Positions 33,096 to 45,288 of a stretch of DNA of 64,000 nucleotides are shown here, one piece after another. Origin of the DNA: the human T2T-CHM13v2.0 reference genome, Homo sapiens; NCBI RefSeq assembly GCF_009914755.1, contig NC_060927.1. One strand, given 5' to 3'. Both the position numbers and the translations under genes were made by a program. The notes beneath the pieces are model-generated. The model worked only from the letters and a program-made list of their open reading frames with translations. It had not been told where the DNA came from and did no database searches. Within the stretch, counting starts at the first letter, position 1, and the number at the start of each line of letters is the position of its first letter.

Positions 33096-34734
33096 ACCTA
33101 AAGGAATTATTTTTTTACAAATCTCCCTACTTCCTAATGACGTCTTTACCTTTTCTTTTTTAGGATGAAGTGGAATAATGCTGGCAAAAGAGCACCCCAA
33201 ATGCAATTTCTGTATAGATGGTTTAGTTCCTTGCTTTAGAGTGGCACTTGGCATCCTGTAAAACCTCATCCTGTAAAAAGGAAGAGTTGTATTTAACACC
33301 TTGTCCCACATAAAATAATAAAAAATACACAAGTGATGAATGAGAAAGCACACTAAAATATTATCAGTGTTAATATTTTATTCACCTTGGAAAGGTGAAA
33401 TCATTGATTTTTTCTTCATTACAATTTTAATCTTTTATGCAGTGGATTTGTAGTACATGTTTTAAGATAATTTAAAAAATCAAGACCAAGCAATTCCTAG
33501 CAATTTCCAAGACCTAACTCAAATGCCATCTCTTCCATGATGCCCTTCAGATTACCAAACTAACAATATTTTCTTTCTCTTCTGTAACAACAATAACAGC
33601 TGACTTATATTGAGTAATCTAAGGCTGGACTTAGATTACCTTATTTAATCTTCATAGTCACTTCGTTAAATAGAAGTTTCGTTATTCCTGTTTTGCAGAT
33701 GAAGAAACTGAGCTTATAGAAATAAATAAGTAGCCTAACTTGCCTAATATTACAAAGCTGTTAAATGGCAGAGCTATCATTTAAACTTATGTATATTTAT
33801 TCGGTCCATTTCCTTCTTCCCTTTGTATTGATCACCAGGCACACCGCACTTATTGGTGTTTTTAGTGGACTTAAACACTACTAAGACATTTTTCCTTTGT
33901 CTACATAGTATTCCCCAACTAAATGATAAAGAGCTTTCTTTAAGGGAAAACGGTATGGAGATTTCATTAAATATCTTCATCTAGGGGGCACCAGACAGGT
34001 GGATTGTTGAAATAGTGCCTTAGTAAAACAAGATGGTGGATGCTTTCTCTATAAATACAAGAGCAACCCATAGTTTTCACCACAATCATTTAACATCATT
34101 TTTCAATGAAAATATCATAAGTCATGAAGATTATTCAACATGTAAACACTAACCTGAAGATATCTGTTTACACAGATGACCTACTGCCTAAATACTGGTG
34201 TCATTTATATTCAAGCAAAAGAAGAGGCAATGAATATGTACCACAAAGAAGGACATTGCTAGACATACTAAACTGATTTTTAGAACAAAATTACCATGTA
34301 AATTGAGCAGCTTCATTGTACTAAATTATCTGAAATGCATACTCAATGTAATAGTAATGGCAGAGCCCCTGATGATTAAAAGGAAGAGGTTACCACTGAG
34401 GAGGCACAGAGCTGAAGGGGATCCATGCCAAATCACTAGATTTAGGGTATTAAGACCAAGCAACATGGTGGAGATGAGGCTCCTCAGATATGACCAGGAT
34501 TGGGCCCCAGTGGCTCAACATCTGGCAGAGTAGTGTGAACAGGCTGCCAGTTTTTGACTCTGTAAGTGTGTAGGGCTGTTAAAAGCAGGGACTGATATGT
34601 GTGCCTTGGAAAAGTTATTTCTATTATTGTGGCCACAATAAGCATATCTAGTCTTTTCTGTTTGAAAAACTTATGAAAACAGCAAAGTTAATGGTAAAAT
34701 TCAAAAAGAGAAACTTTGCACAAATGGTATTCAA

Positions 34735-35217
34735 AAATATGGTCCACGGAACATCAATTGGGAGCTTGCTGGGTATGCAAATTCTTTTTTTTTTTTTTTT
34801 TTTTTTTTTGAGACAGAGTCTCGCTCTGTCACCCAGGCTGGAGTGCAGTGGCACTATCTCGGCTCACTGCAACCTCTGACTCCCGACTTCAAGCAATTCT
34901 CTCCTGTCTCAGCCTCCCGAGTAGCTGGGATTACAAGTGTGCACCACCACATCTGGCTAATTTTTGTATTTTCAGTAGAGACAGGGTTTCACCATGTTGG
35001 CCAGGTTGGTCTCAAACTCTTGACCTCAAGTAATCTGCCTGCCTTGGCTTTCCAAAGTGCTAGGATTACAGATGTGAGCCACCATGCCAAGCTTGGAAAT
35101 GCAAATTCTTAATCCTTATGCCAGACCCAATTAATCAGAATCTTTAGAGTTGGGACCTAGGAATTTTCATGTTAACCTACCCTCTAGTGATTCTTCTGCA
35201 TATTTGAGAGTCACTGG
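34735..35217. mobile_element. MER5-type MITE split by an Alu
   Basis: 'gggagcttgctgggtatgcaaattc' then Alu then 'aatcagaatct...ttgagagtcactg'. Confidence 0.7.
34785..35093 (-). mobile_element. Alu (AluS)
   Basis: Reverse dimer; TSD atgcaaattctt. Confidence 0.95.
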
Positions 35218-35298
35218 TGTATATCACTCCCACTACATTCACCACCTGCACAACAGGAGAAACCTTCAAGAGTCCATTTAAAATAAAAGTTTCTAACA

Positions 35299-35628
35299 TT
35301 GTGCTTTCGAAGACAGTAGCCAGTAGCTTTGGTGACTATTGAGCACTTTAAATGTGGCTGGTCCACACAAAGATGTGCTGGAAGTATAAAATCCACATTA
35401 GATTTCAAAGACTGAGTATGAAAAAGAAATGAAAATACCTCATTAATAATTTTTATATTGATTACATAATGAAATAATAATTCAGATATATTAGATTACA
35501 TCTATTCGGTTACATAAAACATATTTAATTTCACCTCTGCCTTTTTATATTTTTTAATGAGACTACTAGGACATTTAAATTTACATATGAAGCTTGAATC
35601 ATATAATATTTCTATTGGATAGCACTGT
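35299..35628. mobile_element. MER33/MER3-type hAT MITE
   Basis: 'ctattgagcactttaaatgtggctggtcc', 'gatttcaaagact', 'tttctattggatagcactg'. Confidence 0.8.
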
Positions 35629-35741
35629 CCTAACTAATCTGCTTAAAGTATGACTTATTTTTTAGTCTACATTTTCTAGTTCTAAACTAGCCAGGGCTTT
35701 TTTGAAATAATAACAAGAACAGCAGAAATAAAGATTTGTTT

Positions 35742-35960
35742 TGTGTTTAATATATGCCAGACCCTATACAAAGCATCTTACATGGATTATTTCAGGTAAC
35801 CCACACAATCATCACAACAGTTCTATGAAGTAGCTACTGTTATCCTCACTTTAGTAATAAAGAAATTAAGGCTTAGAGAGTTTAAGTAGCTTGCTCAAGG
35901 ATACCAGGTGGTATGTGACAGACACAGAATTCAACTCAGGGCCATCTGACCCCAGAGCCG
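35742..35960 (-). mobile_element. MIR
   Basis: 'aagaaattaaggcttagagagtttaagtagcttgctcaagg'. Confidence 0.75.
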
Positions 35961-38156
35961 TGATTTTATGTATTTCCTTATACTTCTTCCCCTTGTTATG
36001 CAATGAGCTAAAAAAAAGTTATTTTTAATGACATTTCTGTACAAAATGATGTACTATTGAAGTCTATATCAAAATATCATTAAAAAATAACGTCAGAAGC
36101 AACCTCATGTGTAATGTATGAATCCACAGGTATTTAAGATGTAAAGTCATTCAGGAAGCTTGAGACAATATTCCTCAGCTTTGCATCTGATAAATGGGTA
36201 ACATTTCCAGTAGTTCCTGATAAAACTCATAAGGCAACTGGTCACATGGCTGAGAAAACTCTCCAAATTTGGGTGGCAGCACCTAGTTCAGAAAAAATCT
36301 AAGAAAAAAGCAGCAATTTTATAACTCTGTATTATCACTCAATGTTATATCCTATTAGCTTCAAAGCCCTGAACCAACTTAAGTCACAGATCATCTATTA
36401 AAGATAGGGTGAATTCTTGTATAGATAATTCTATTCACTAGAAGATCTGTGATGAAAGACCTAGGTGATGAAGATCTATGATGAAATGAAATTTAAAAAA
36501 ATGTAAGCATACGCATCATCTTTTTAGATGTCCAACAGAGGAGCCAGGAAGCTTACCACCAACATACTCACTCTTCTCATTGGGAGAAGGCATCACCACG
36601 GCAAGCCTCAAAATCAGGGAGCAGCAGAACAATAGAAACATCTGACAATAACCAACAGATGTTATTATCTGGATAAGTCCTCAGAGATGAGTAGAACAAG
36701 ATTTCCATTATTCATAAACTGCAAGAATGAGAAACCAGAGTATGGAGCTAGGTGCCAAAGGATGGAAGGAAGGAGAAGATCAGAACCAATGACTGAAATT
36801 GTAGTGGTGTACCTTATGACACCTAATTCCATAAGCCTCCTTATCAACTGGGATTGACTTGATTTCTTATGATCAATAGAAATATTTCTATCAGCTTTAT
36901 ATTAAATGTCTTTGGTTAATAATAGGGTCAGTAAAAATTGATGTTGTGAGAGGTTGTTTTTCACTAATAGCTGACTTGAGTTGACGACTGACAATTAATG
37001 CCAAGGTATTCACAACCTTAATGGTGGACTGCATAGAGCTGTGGGAATTATTCTGGTGGTTTTTGGATCAAGTGTCCTGTGAGTTTTAGGACTAATTGGA
37101 CCCTTTTCACCAATGGCATCATCAAGGATATCTACAGGTGGACAGCAGAACTTTATAAATTAGAACTTCTAAAATAGCGTCTGCCTTCTTTACAGTGTTT
37201 ACTGTTTCCAATTTTACAACCTCAGACTTCGCAGGTTCTGAGTTCATGGACAAGACATTTAAAACCAAAGAAAATCCTGCTACTTCACTTTTAGAGTCCT
37301 CAGCCCATATACATTGGTAATACCATCAGCAATAAATAAAACAAGCCTAATCTCTTAAAAATCAACAGGGGTCAACTCCAAGAATATAATCCTCAAAGTT
37401 GAATCATGAAAGTTTCTTGTTGCAATAAAGGCTGACTGCCAAGGCACTTTTTTTTCTTGGAGATCCATTCAGCAGGGTTGGAAGAGGAGTTGGAAATGAC
37501 AGTGGCTACATGCATATAAAGCATTTTTGCAGCTTATCCTTGGGTGACTTTGAGGAAGCTACTGTCCGTGGACTTCTACGAGCTTTTTCATCAAGTCCTT
37601 AGGAAAGCCAAATTTCAATTGCCACTTGGAGTTCCCAGAGCTTGAATATGCCAACTCCTATATTTTCATAACTCACTCAGAATCTCATTCAGTATAAAAT
37701 GCAAGGGACTAATGTCTAATGACAGTTTTTTCCACCTGGTAAGTACTAGCTTTCATGTGCTTGAAAAGTTCAAGATGAAGAGGAAACAAAGCTTTCCTCT
37801 TGATAGCAGAAACTCATGGAAATGTGACTCCCCTTGGTCTAGCCAGCGGTGAAAAGCATCAGCATAGCTCTAGCCTTATACCCAAATTAAAACCATCAAC
37901 TCAACCTGACTGTGATGTGGCCATAACATTTCACCACATTAAATGTGTGATAACTGTGCACTGGCAGGTAATGTGATCTGACAGTGTCACCATGGAGCTG
38001 TCATGTCTGAATTGTTTTCTCAATCCCAAATGTCAATGTCCATCATGGATCTTTATGCCAGTTTACATGTATTGTGATGGTAATAATATATGTAGTCATG
38101 AAAGAATTCAAGACAAAAGAAGCAAATTAATATTTATTGAGTACTCACTGTGTGTC

Positions 38157-38448
38157 TGTGGCTGACAGACCCTAAGGTGATCTCCAGTGATTTTCCACTC
38201 CGTAATGTGTACTCCTTTGTGTAATCTCATTCTCTGGAGTGTGTGCAGGACCTGGGACTTGCCTCTAACCAATATAATATGTCAAAAATGATGGGATGTC
38301 ACCCACTTGATTAGGTTACACTATATGGCAAAAGTGAGAGATGTCACCCCTGTGATGATGCTATGTTACATAAGACTTCTTAGCAGAGATCCTCCTTGCT
38401 CACTTGAAATAAGCAGCCATACTGAGGAAGCCATATGGCAAAAAAACT
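38157..38448 (+). mobile_element. MLT1E/F-type LTR 5' part
   Basis: 'ctaaggtgatctccagtgat', 'gcaggacctgggacttgcctctaaccaat', 'gatgggatgtcac'. Confidence 0.7.
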
Positions 38449-38459
38449 ACTAAGGAGTG

Positions 38460-39060
38460 CTCTGTCATCCCCCAAAGATCTCCAGTGGGATTGAGATCCA
38501 GATGCCACAATGATAACCTGCTCCCTAACACACCCTAAGATGAGTTTTTTTCACCCTTTTCATCTTATTTCCTGATATGGTTTGGCTCTGTGTCCCCACC
38601 CAAATTTCCTGTCAAATTGTAATCCGCAGTGTTGGAGGAGGGGCCTGTTAGGAGGCCATTGGTCATGGTGGTCATTTCTAATGGCTGAGCACCATCCCCC
38701 TAGTGCTGTCTCATGACAGTGTTCTCATAAGATCTGGATATTTAAAAGTGTGTAGCTCTCTTCCCCCTTTGCTCTCTCTTCCTCCTGCTTTGGCTAGGTG
38801 AAGATGTGCCTACTTCTCTTTCACCTTCTGCTATGATTGTAAGTTTCCTGAGGCCTCCCTAGCCATGTGGAACTGTGAGTAGATTAAACTTCTTTTCTTT
38901 ATAAATTACCCAATCTCAGGTAGTTCTTTATAGCCATGCAAGAACCGACTAATACACTTCCCAACTCTCATCGGTGGTGGCTGGAATCTCCTTCCATATA
39001 AATGATTTGAATTTATTCTTTTTCTTATGGTCTGCTTCTAGGTGAACCCAACCATAGAGG
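38460..39060 (+). mobile_element. LTR33-like (ERVL) fragment split by MSTA
   Basis: 'ccagtgggattgag' before MSTA; 'gtctgcttctaggtgaacccaa' after it. Confidence 0.55.
38573..38956 (+). mobile_element. MSTA/THE1-type solo LTR
   Basis: 'tgatatggtttggctctgtgtccccacccaaat', 'ataaattacccaatctcaggtagttctttatagc', 'gactaataca'; TSD (t/c)ttcc. Confidence 0.9.
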
Positions 39061-40782
39061 TAGGGGCACTTCAAGTTGGATGAAAATTTATTAAAAATCT
39101 TATCAAGAAAGACAGAAACAAGCACAGAGATTGTTTGAAGCAGTGTCCTTAAGAATGTTTTTGGCCAGGTACATAAAAAAGGAGAAATAAACTTACAAGA
39201 AACTGCTGGTTGTGTTTGTCAGAGTCAATATTCACTAGCCAAGCTTTGACGAATAATTTGACCCTTAAATACTTTAATACTGGGTAGGCAGTATGCTGGA
39301 TAATGGACACTGGTGTTCTTTCACTGGATAAGGTATCTCCTCTTTTGTGAAATCACATGTTAGCATTCTGATTTATCTATTGGTCTCTCGAGTTTGGTTA
39401 GTGTGGGTCAGTTTTGAGTCTGGCAGAAACTGCTGTGATTAAAGGATCAGACTCTGGAACTGCCACTCTAGAAGGCTGTCCTGGGCAGGCAAGCATATTC
39501 CTTTATATATTTGTCACTTGCCTGAACAATTTTTATTATGCTATCAAAACTATGCATTTGTTATTTAGGAAATAAAAGCATATTCTGGCATTAAATTCTG
39601 AAACAAATTCATTGTCTGCTTATAAGTGGTGTAAGATAACATAATGATCATTATTCAAACTTCCATAAAAGCTGAGTATAACATATTCAAGTATAGCAGA
39701 GTGAAGGTGTTTTCGCTGGGGCAAAGCCAAGGAAATGAAAGCCTTTCTGATCTAGGAGTAGTGATTCTCAACCAGCGTCCAAAGTACTCATGCAGACCTC
39801 AGTAGCTTTCATAAGAGTTTCTTCACCACATATTCCCAACAGACTGAATAAACAGATCTCACACAGATGTGTATGGCTGTTCTTGCAGGTATAGGTGAAG
39901 TTTTTTATTATAATGCTTTTGAACTCATGGTGGTGGGTGGTGTCTTTGATGACTATGTATTTTCTCAATGGTTACTAAATAAAACTACTATCATTTGGGG
40001 AGGGCCTTGATAATTGTTTAGGCTTATAAGGAATCCTCATATATTAAAAGATTGAACCATGATTTGACTATCTGTCTTAAGAATCCATTTTTTAAACTGG
40101 TTTTTGAAATGTAGGATAGAGAAATTAGGGAGTTCAGTGTTACCTTCTCTGGTGGCCATTGAATTTAGAGCTTCTGTGCTTTTGCCTAAAGTGAATCCCT
40201 GTGCTGTGGAGTAAGGTTGACGTTCTGTTATGAAAATTCTTAAGCCTGACTGATATTTATCTCTGAGTGTGGCCTCTTTTATGACCTATGCAAGTAGTAT
40301 TAGGGTATAGGGAAGGAGGAAAAATGGCTCTACCTAAGGAGTATTGCAGGATACTGGTCAAGACAGAGTAATTTCCCCACAAGATATGGAAGAAGACAGT
40401 TCAACCCCAGGAGGCGGACTTGGTTCAACCCTGATGTCTCAAGATTTCTCTGGGTTTATAGCCTATATACCCAGTGAAAACCTACTTCTCTAAGCCCACA
40501 GATGTGAATTTCAGGAGTTCACAGGACTCTTCAGAATAATGATCTTTCTCATTACTATTGTACTTTACAGCTTTGTACACATTTTCTTTGGCCTTTTTCT
40601 GAAACCCTGTGAGGTAAGAAGGGTAAGATTGTCCTATTTTATGCATAAAATAAACATCCTGTCCCACATAGGTTGCTTTTGTGAAGGCCACTTAGCTAAC
40701 ATAGGGAAGAATCATAACAAAGACCTGAGCCTTTCTGAAACCAATCTAGAAGACAATTGCATAATAGACATAAAATAATATA

Positions 40783-40914
40783 CAATCATGCACCACACAA
40801 CAATGTTTCAGTTAACAATGGACTACATATATATATATGTATATAATAGAGTTCCCATAAGATTATAATACCATATTTTTACTGTATCTGTTCTATGTTT
40901 AGATATGTTTAGAT
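40783..40914 (-). mobile_element. Tigger3a (MER7-type) 3' half
   Basis: TA plus TIR 'caatcatgcacc'; 'cccataagattataataccatattttt', 'ctatgtttagatatgtttagat'. Confidence 0.85.
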
Positions 40915-41950
40915 GCTGATATGAAACAGGAAAAGAACTAAGGCCCAACAACTCTAAGAGGAATTCCCGGAAGAGTCCAAGAGTTCCCTGTTTTACACTC
41001 AGTTTTCATATACTCTTTAACAATACACTCTCACAATATAGCCCTTGGATAAAGTTGCTTTAAAAAAATAAGGGCAACTGGCATCTTGTTTAAGAAATGT
41101 TCCCATCACAGTTTGACTGAGCAACTTGGTAGAACCAACTCGTTCATCTGGAGTTGAAGGGACATAAATGAACAGATTTTTAAAATAATTATTCATAAGA
41201 TGTCAACTCTCGTAACACTGTTTCTTGATTATCTGCCGACCTGAGGGGCTCTTACTACGCTCTCAGAATAATGTGTGACATGCTGACATCCAGCTGGTCA
41301 ATGGTAGTGAGATATTCACTGAGTTAGAGAGAAGGGACTGATAAGTCTAGCCCCAATTCTCCTTTGTCTGTGATCTGGTCAGACACTTCATAGAGAATTT
41401 AAAGGGGTATATGGTGAAATATATGGAAAGTTGGGATTCTAAGATACTAAACATTTATGTACTAGGTGATAGGAGACAAAGGATAAATAGTGATCCTAGA
41501 AACACATAGATTCTGTTGAGGGAACTATTTAGACATTAGGTAGAATGTGTAGAATAAGAGAAAATGGTAGTCAGGCAAATTACAAGTCCCTCCCCTACCA
41601 GCAATCTAGCTAAGTGACACCAAACAAGTCAGTTAAACTCACAGAGCCTATTTTCTCTTCTTAAAAATGAGGTAATAATGCCTTAGAAGACAATAATGAT
41701 GATGAAATGTAATTATATAAAGTATCTTGCCCATAAAAATATTCAAAATGATATTAATGATAATTTAAATATTAAATAGCATTTAATTTAATATTAAAAA
41801 TTATTTTTCTATTTGAACTGGATTAGCAAATATGTTTTGTTGAATATTACATTTTATGTGGCTTGTGTGCTATTTTAAAGGTACACAGTAATATCCTTTA
41901 AGTACAAATTCTAATTAGAGAAAGATTTTGTGATTCTCACTAGGCAACTA

Positions 41951-42161
41951 CAGTCATGCATTGCTTAATGATGGGTAGATGTTCTGAGAAATGCATCATT
42001 AGATGATTTCATCATCTGAACATCACAGAGTGTACTAATACACACCTGCATGGTATAGCCTGCTACACACATAGGCTGAATGGTGTAGCCTATTGCTCCT
42101 AGGCTACAAACCTGTATAGCATATTACTGTACTGAATACTGTAGGCAGTTGTAACACAATG
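41951..42161 (+). mobile_element. Tigger3a (MER7-type) 5' half
   Basis: TA plus TIR 'cagtcatgcattgcttaatga'; 'gcctattgctcctaggctacaaacctgta', 'gtaacacaatg'. Confidence 0.9.
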
Positions 42162-42807
42162 ATGGGAGAGGTAGCTGAAATTTTCCCTTCAAGCACCTGC
42201 TCAGGCACAGTCTACACCCACCCCCAGGAGCTGGAAGTTGGGGCAAATTAAGCTATCTCCTCCAAACACATTGAATACAGACAATCCTACTTCAAAATAA
42301 ACATCAAAGAGAAAAGTTCATAAATATACACACTGAAGCTAGTGTGTGGAATGTGAATGGCCCGCTGCTTTGCTCTCAGCCTGCGATGGTGATTCATAGG
42401 TCAGTCGTAGCCATGAGAATCCCTCTTTGCATTCTTACATGACAGCTGCAGTGGAAGACAATCAGGCCTGGAAGTCAGGTCACATGTCTTACGGACTCAA
42501 TGACCCCAGCATTGTCATTTATCCTCCTTGAACTTCAGTCTCCTCTTCTGGTATGTGAGCTGTTATTTGATCCCCATAATGACATGGCAGTGAAGAAGCA
42601 GGGAACTGAGGACACTCAATCTGTAAGGAGTTAAGTGACTCTCCCCAAAGTCGCATAGTTAGGAATGGCAAAAAGAAAGGCTTAAACTTGGGTTTTTGGA
42701 CTGTGAGCCTAGTGCTACTTCCTCTTCATAATTACAGAGCCTGTGCATTTATATGATTTATATGACTCAGGTCTTCTTTAGGAGGTTGAGAGCACAGACT
42801 TCTAGGC

Positions 42808-42920
42808 CTGGGGTTACCAATTGTTCTGGTTTACCTGGGACTGAAAGCTTCCTTGGGCATGAGACTTACAGTTTTAAAATGAGGAAACCTGGACAAACAA
42901 GGACAAATTGGTCACTATAG
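42808..42920. mobile_element. MER94-like hAT MITE
   Basis: 'gggttaccaattgttctggtttacctgggac' and 'ggacaaattggtcact'. Confidence 0.6.
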
Positions 42921-42936
42921 CTGGTTAAAATTTTAG

Positions 42937-43103
42937 GCAGTGGTTGTCAATTGTGGCTGCAGAATAGAATCACCTGGATTGCTTAAAAATACTGATACTT
43001 AGGCCCATGCCCGGCAATTGAATCTGAATCTCTGGGAGTATCTATATAATTTTTTTTTAAATCTCTAAAGTTTATTTTGATGTAAAGATTGAGAACTACT
43101 GAT
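42937..43103. mobile_element. MER5-type MITE
   Basis: 'cagtggttgtcaa', 'tagaatcacctgg', 'ttgagaactactg'. Confidence 0.75.
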
Positions 43104-43191
43104 TTAGAATACAGTATCAATGAACTTCCTCCTTCAGCAGACCACACATAATTGCCCACAATCAAGGTGGGGGAAGTGGCTCACCAAAGTC

Positions 43192-44342
<1,151 letters not shown>

Positions 44343-45244
44343 TCAAGGTTGTAACAGCTGGAGCGAGCCCTCAATTGACTAAAGCAACAAATTGTACTAC
44401 TGAGGGAGCTGCAAGGACCACAATTCCATCTACGGCCCCAGGACTTGTGTGGAAAGACAGACACTGCTTCTTGAAAACCATCTTCCATAGACTGGCATTC
44501 AGTCCCCTTGGCTTACCGCAAGGAGGAGGGAGAGGATGCCAATATGGTGTGATGAAAGCAAATCTCTGCGTGTGGGAGTTTTCTTCTAACTACCAAATAA
44601 AATGACTGCTTTTGACTAGGTTTAATGGATCTGACTTTTAAAAAATCAAAGAGTTTAGAAAGCCTCAAGGTAAATAGTTATAAGAAAATAAAAATCATTT
44701 CTGCATTAAGCTTCAAATGAAATAGGGAATGTCACTTGGTGCCTATGACACCTGAGTTGCCTTGCTCTTCCTGATCCTGTGGCATTCTGCGTCATCAGCT
44801 GTCTTTTGAGAATAGACCAGAGTTGAGGATAACTTCTCACCTATGCATTTAAAAATGGCACATCAGAGTCCTGTGACATGATTTGCCCATGGCCATTTAC
44901 AATGGCCAAAAATGCCAAAGTAGAATTTGTATTAGCCTGCACATTGTTTCTGATCACTGTGGGGATTTTCTGGTTCTAAAAACAATAGTGCTGAATATAA
45001 TTTTGAGAAAAAATACAATAATCATTCCCCAATAATTTCCCAGCAAACATTTTTATGTTTGTGTTTTTGTGTCTGTCTTATTATCAAATGATAGTACCAA
45101 TAAGAAGATAATAAGAAACCAGGATGTAATACTTATTAAACCTCCCTGGAATAAGATGACATTATAAGTTTTGAAGCAATGGGAAAAATGACAAATAAGA
45201 AAAACTGGCCAACGTGTTTAAAAATTTAAATCTCTCTGAACATA

Positions 45245-45247
<3 letters not shown>

Positions 45248-45287
<40 letters not shown>
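45248..45287. repeat. (GT)n microsatellite, about 20 units
   Basis: Direct reading of the sequence. Confidence 0.95.

Positions 45288-45288
<1 letters not shown>

Noticed and set aside
36441-36487. 17-bp near-direct repeat gaagatct(g/a)tgatgaaa, and a similar micro-duplication at 53484-53523
   Set aside because: Ordinary local slippage duplications with only two copies; not CRISPR-like.
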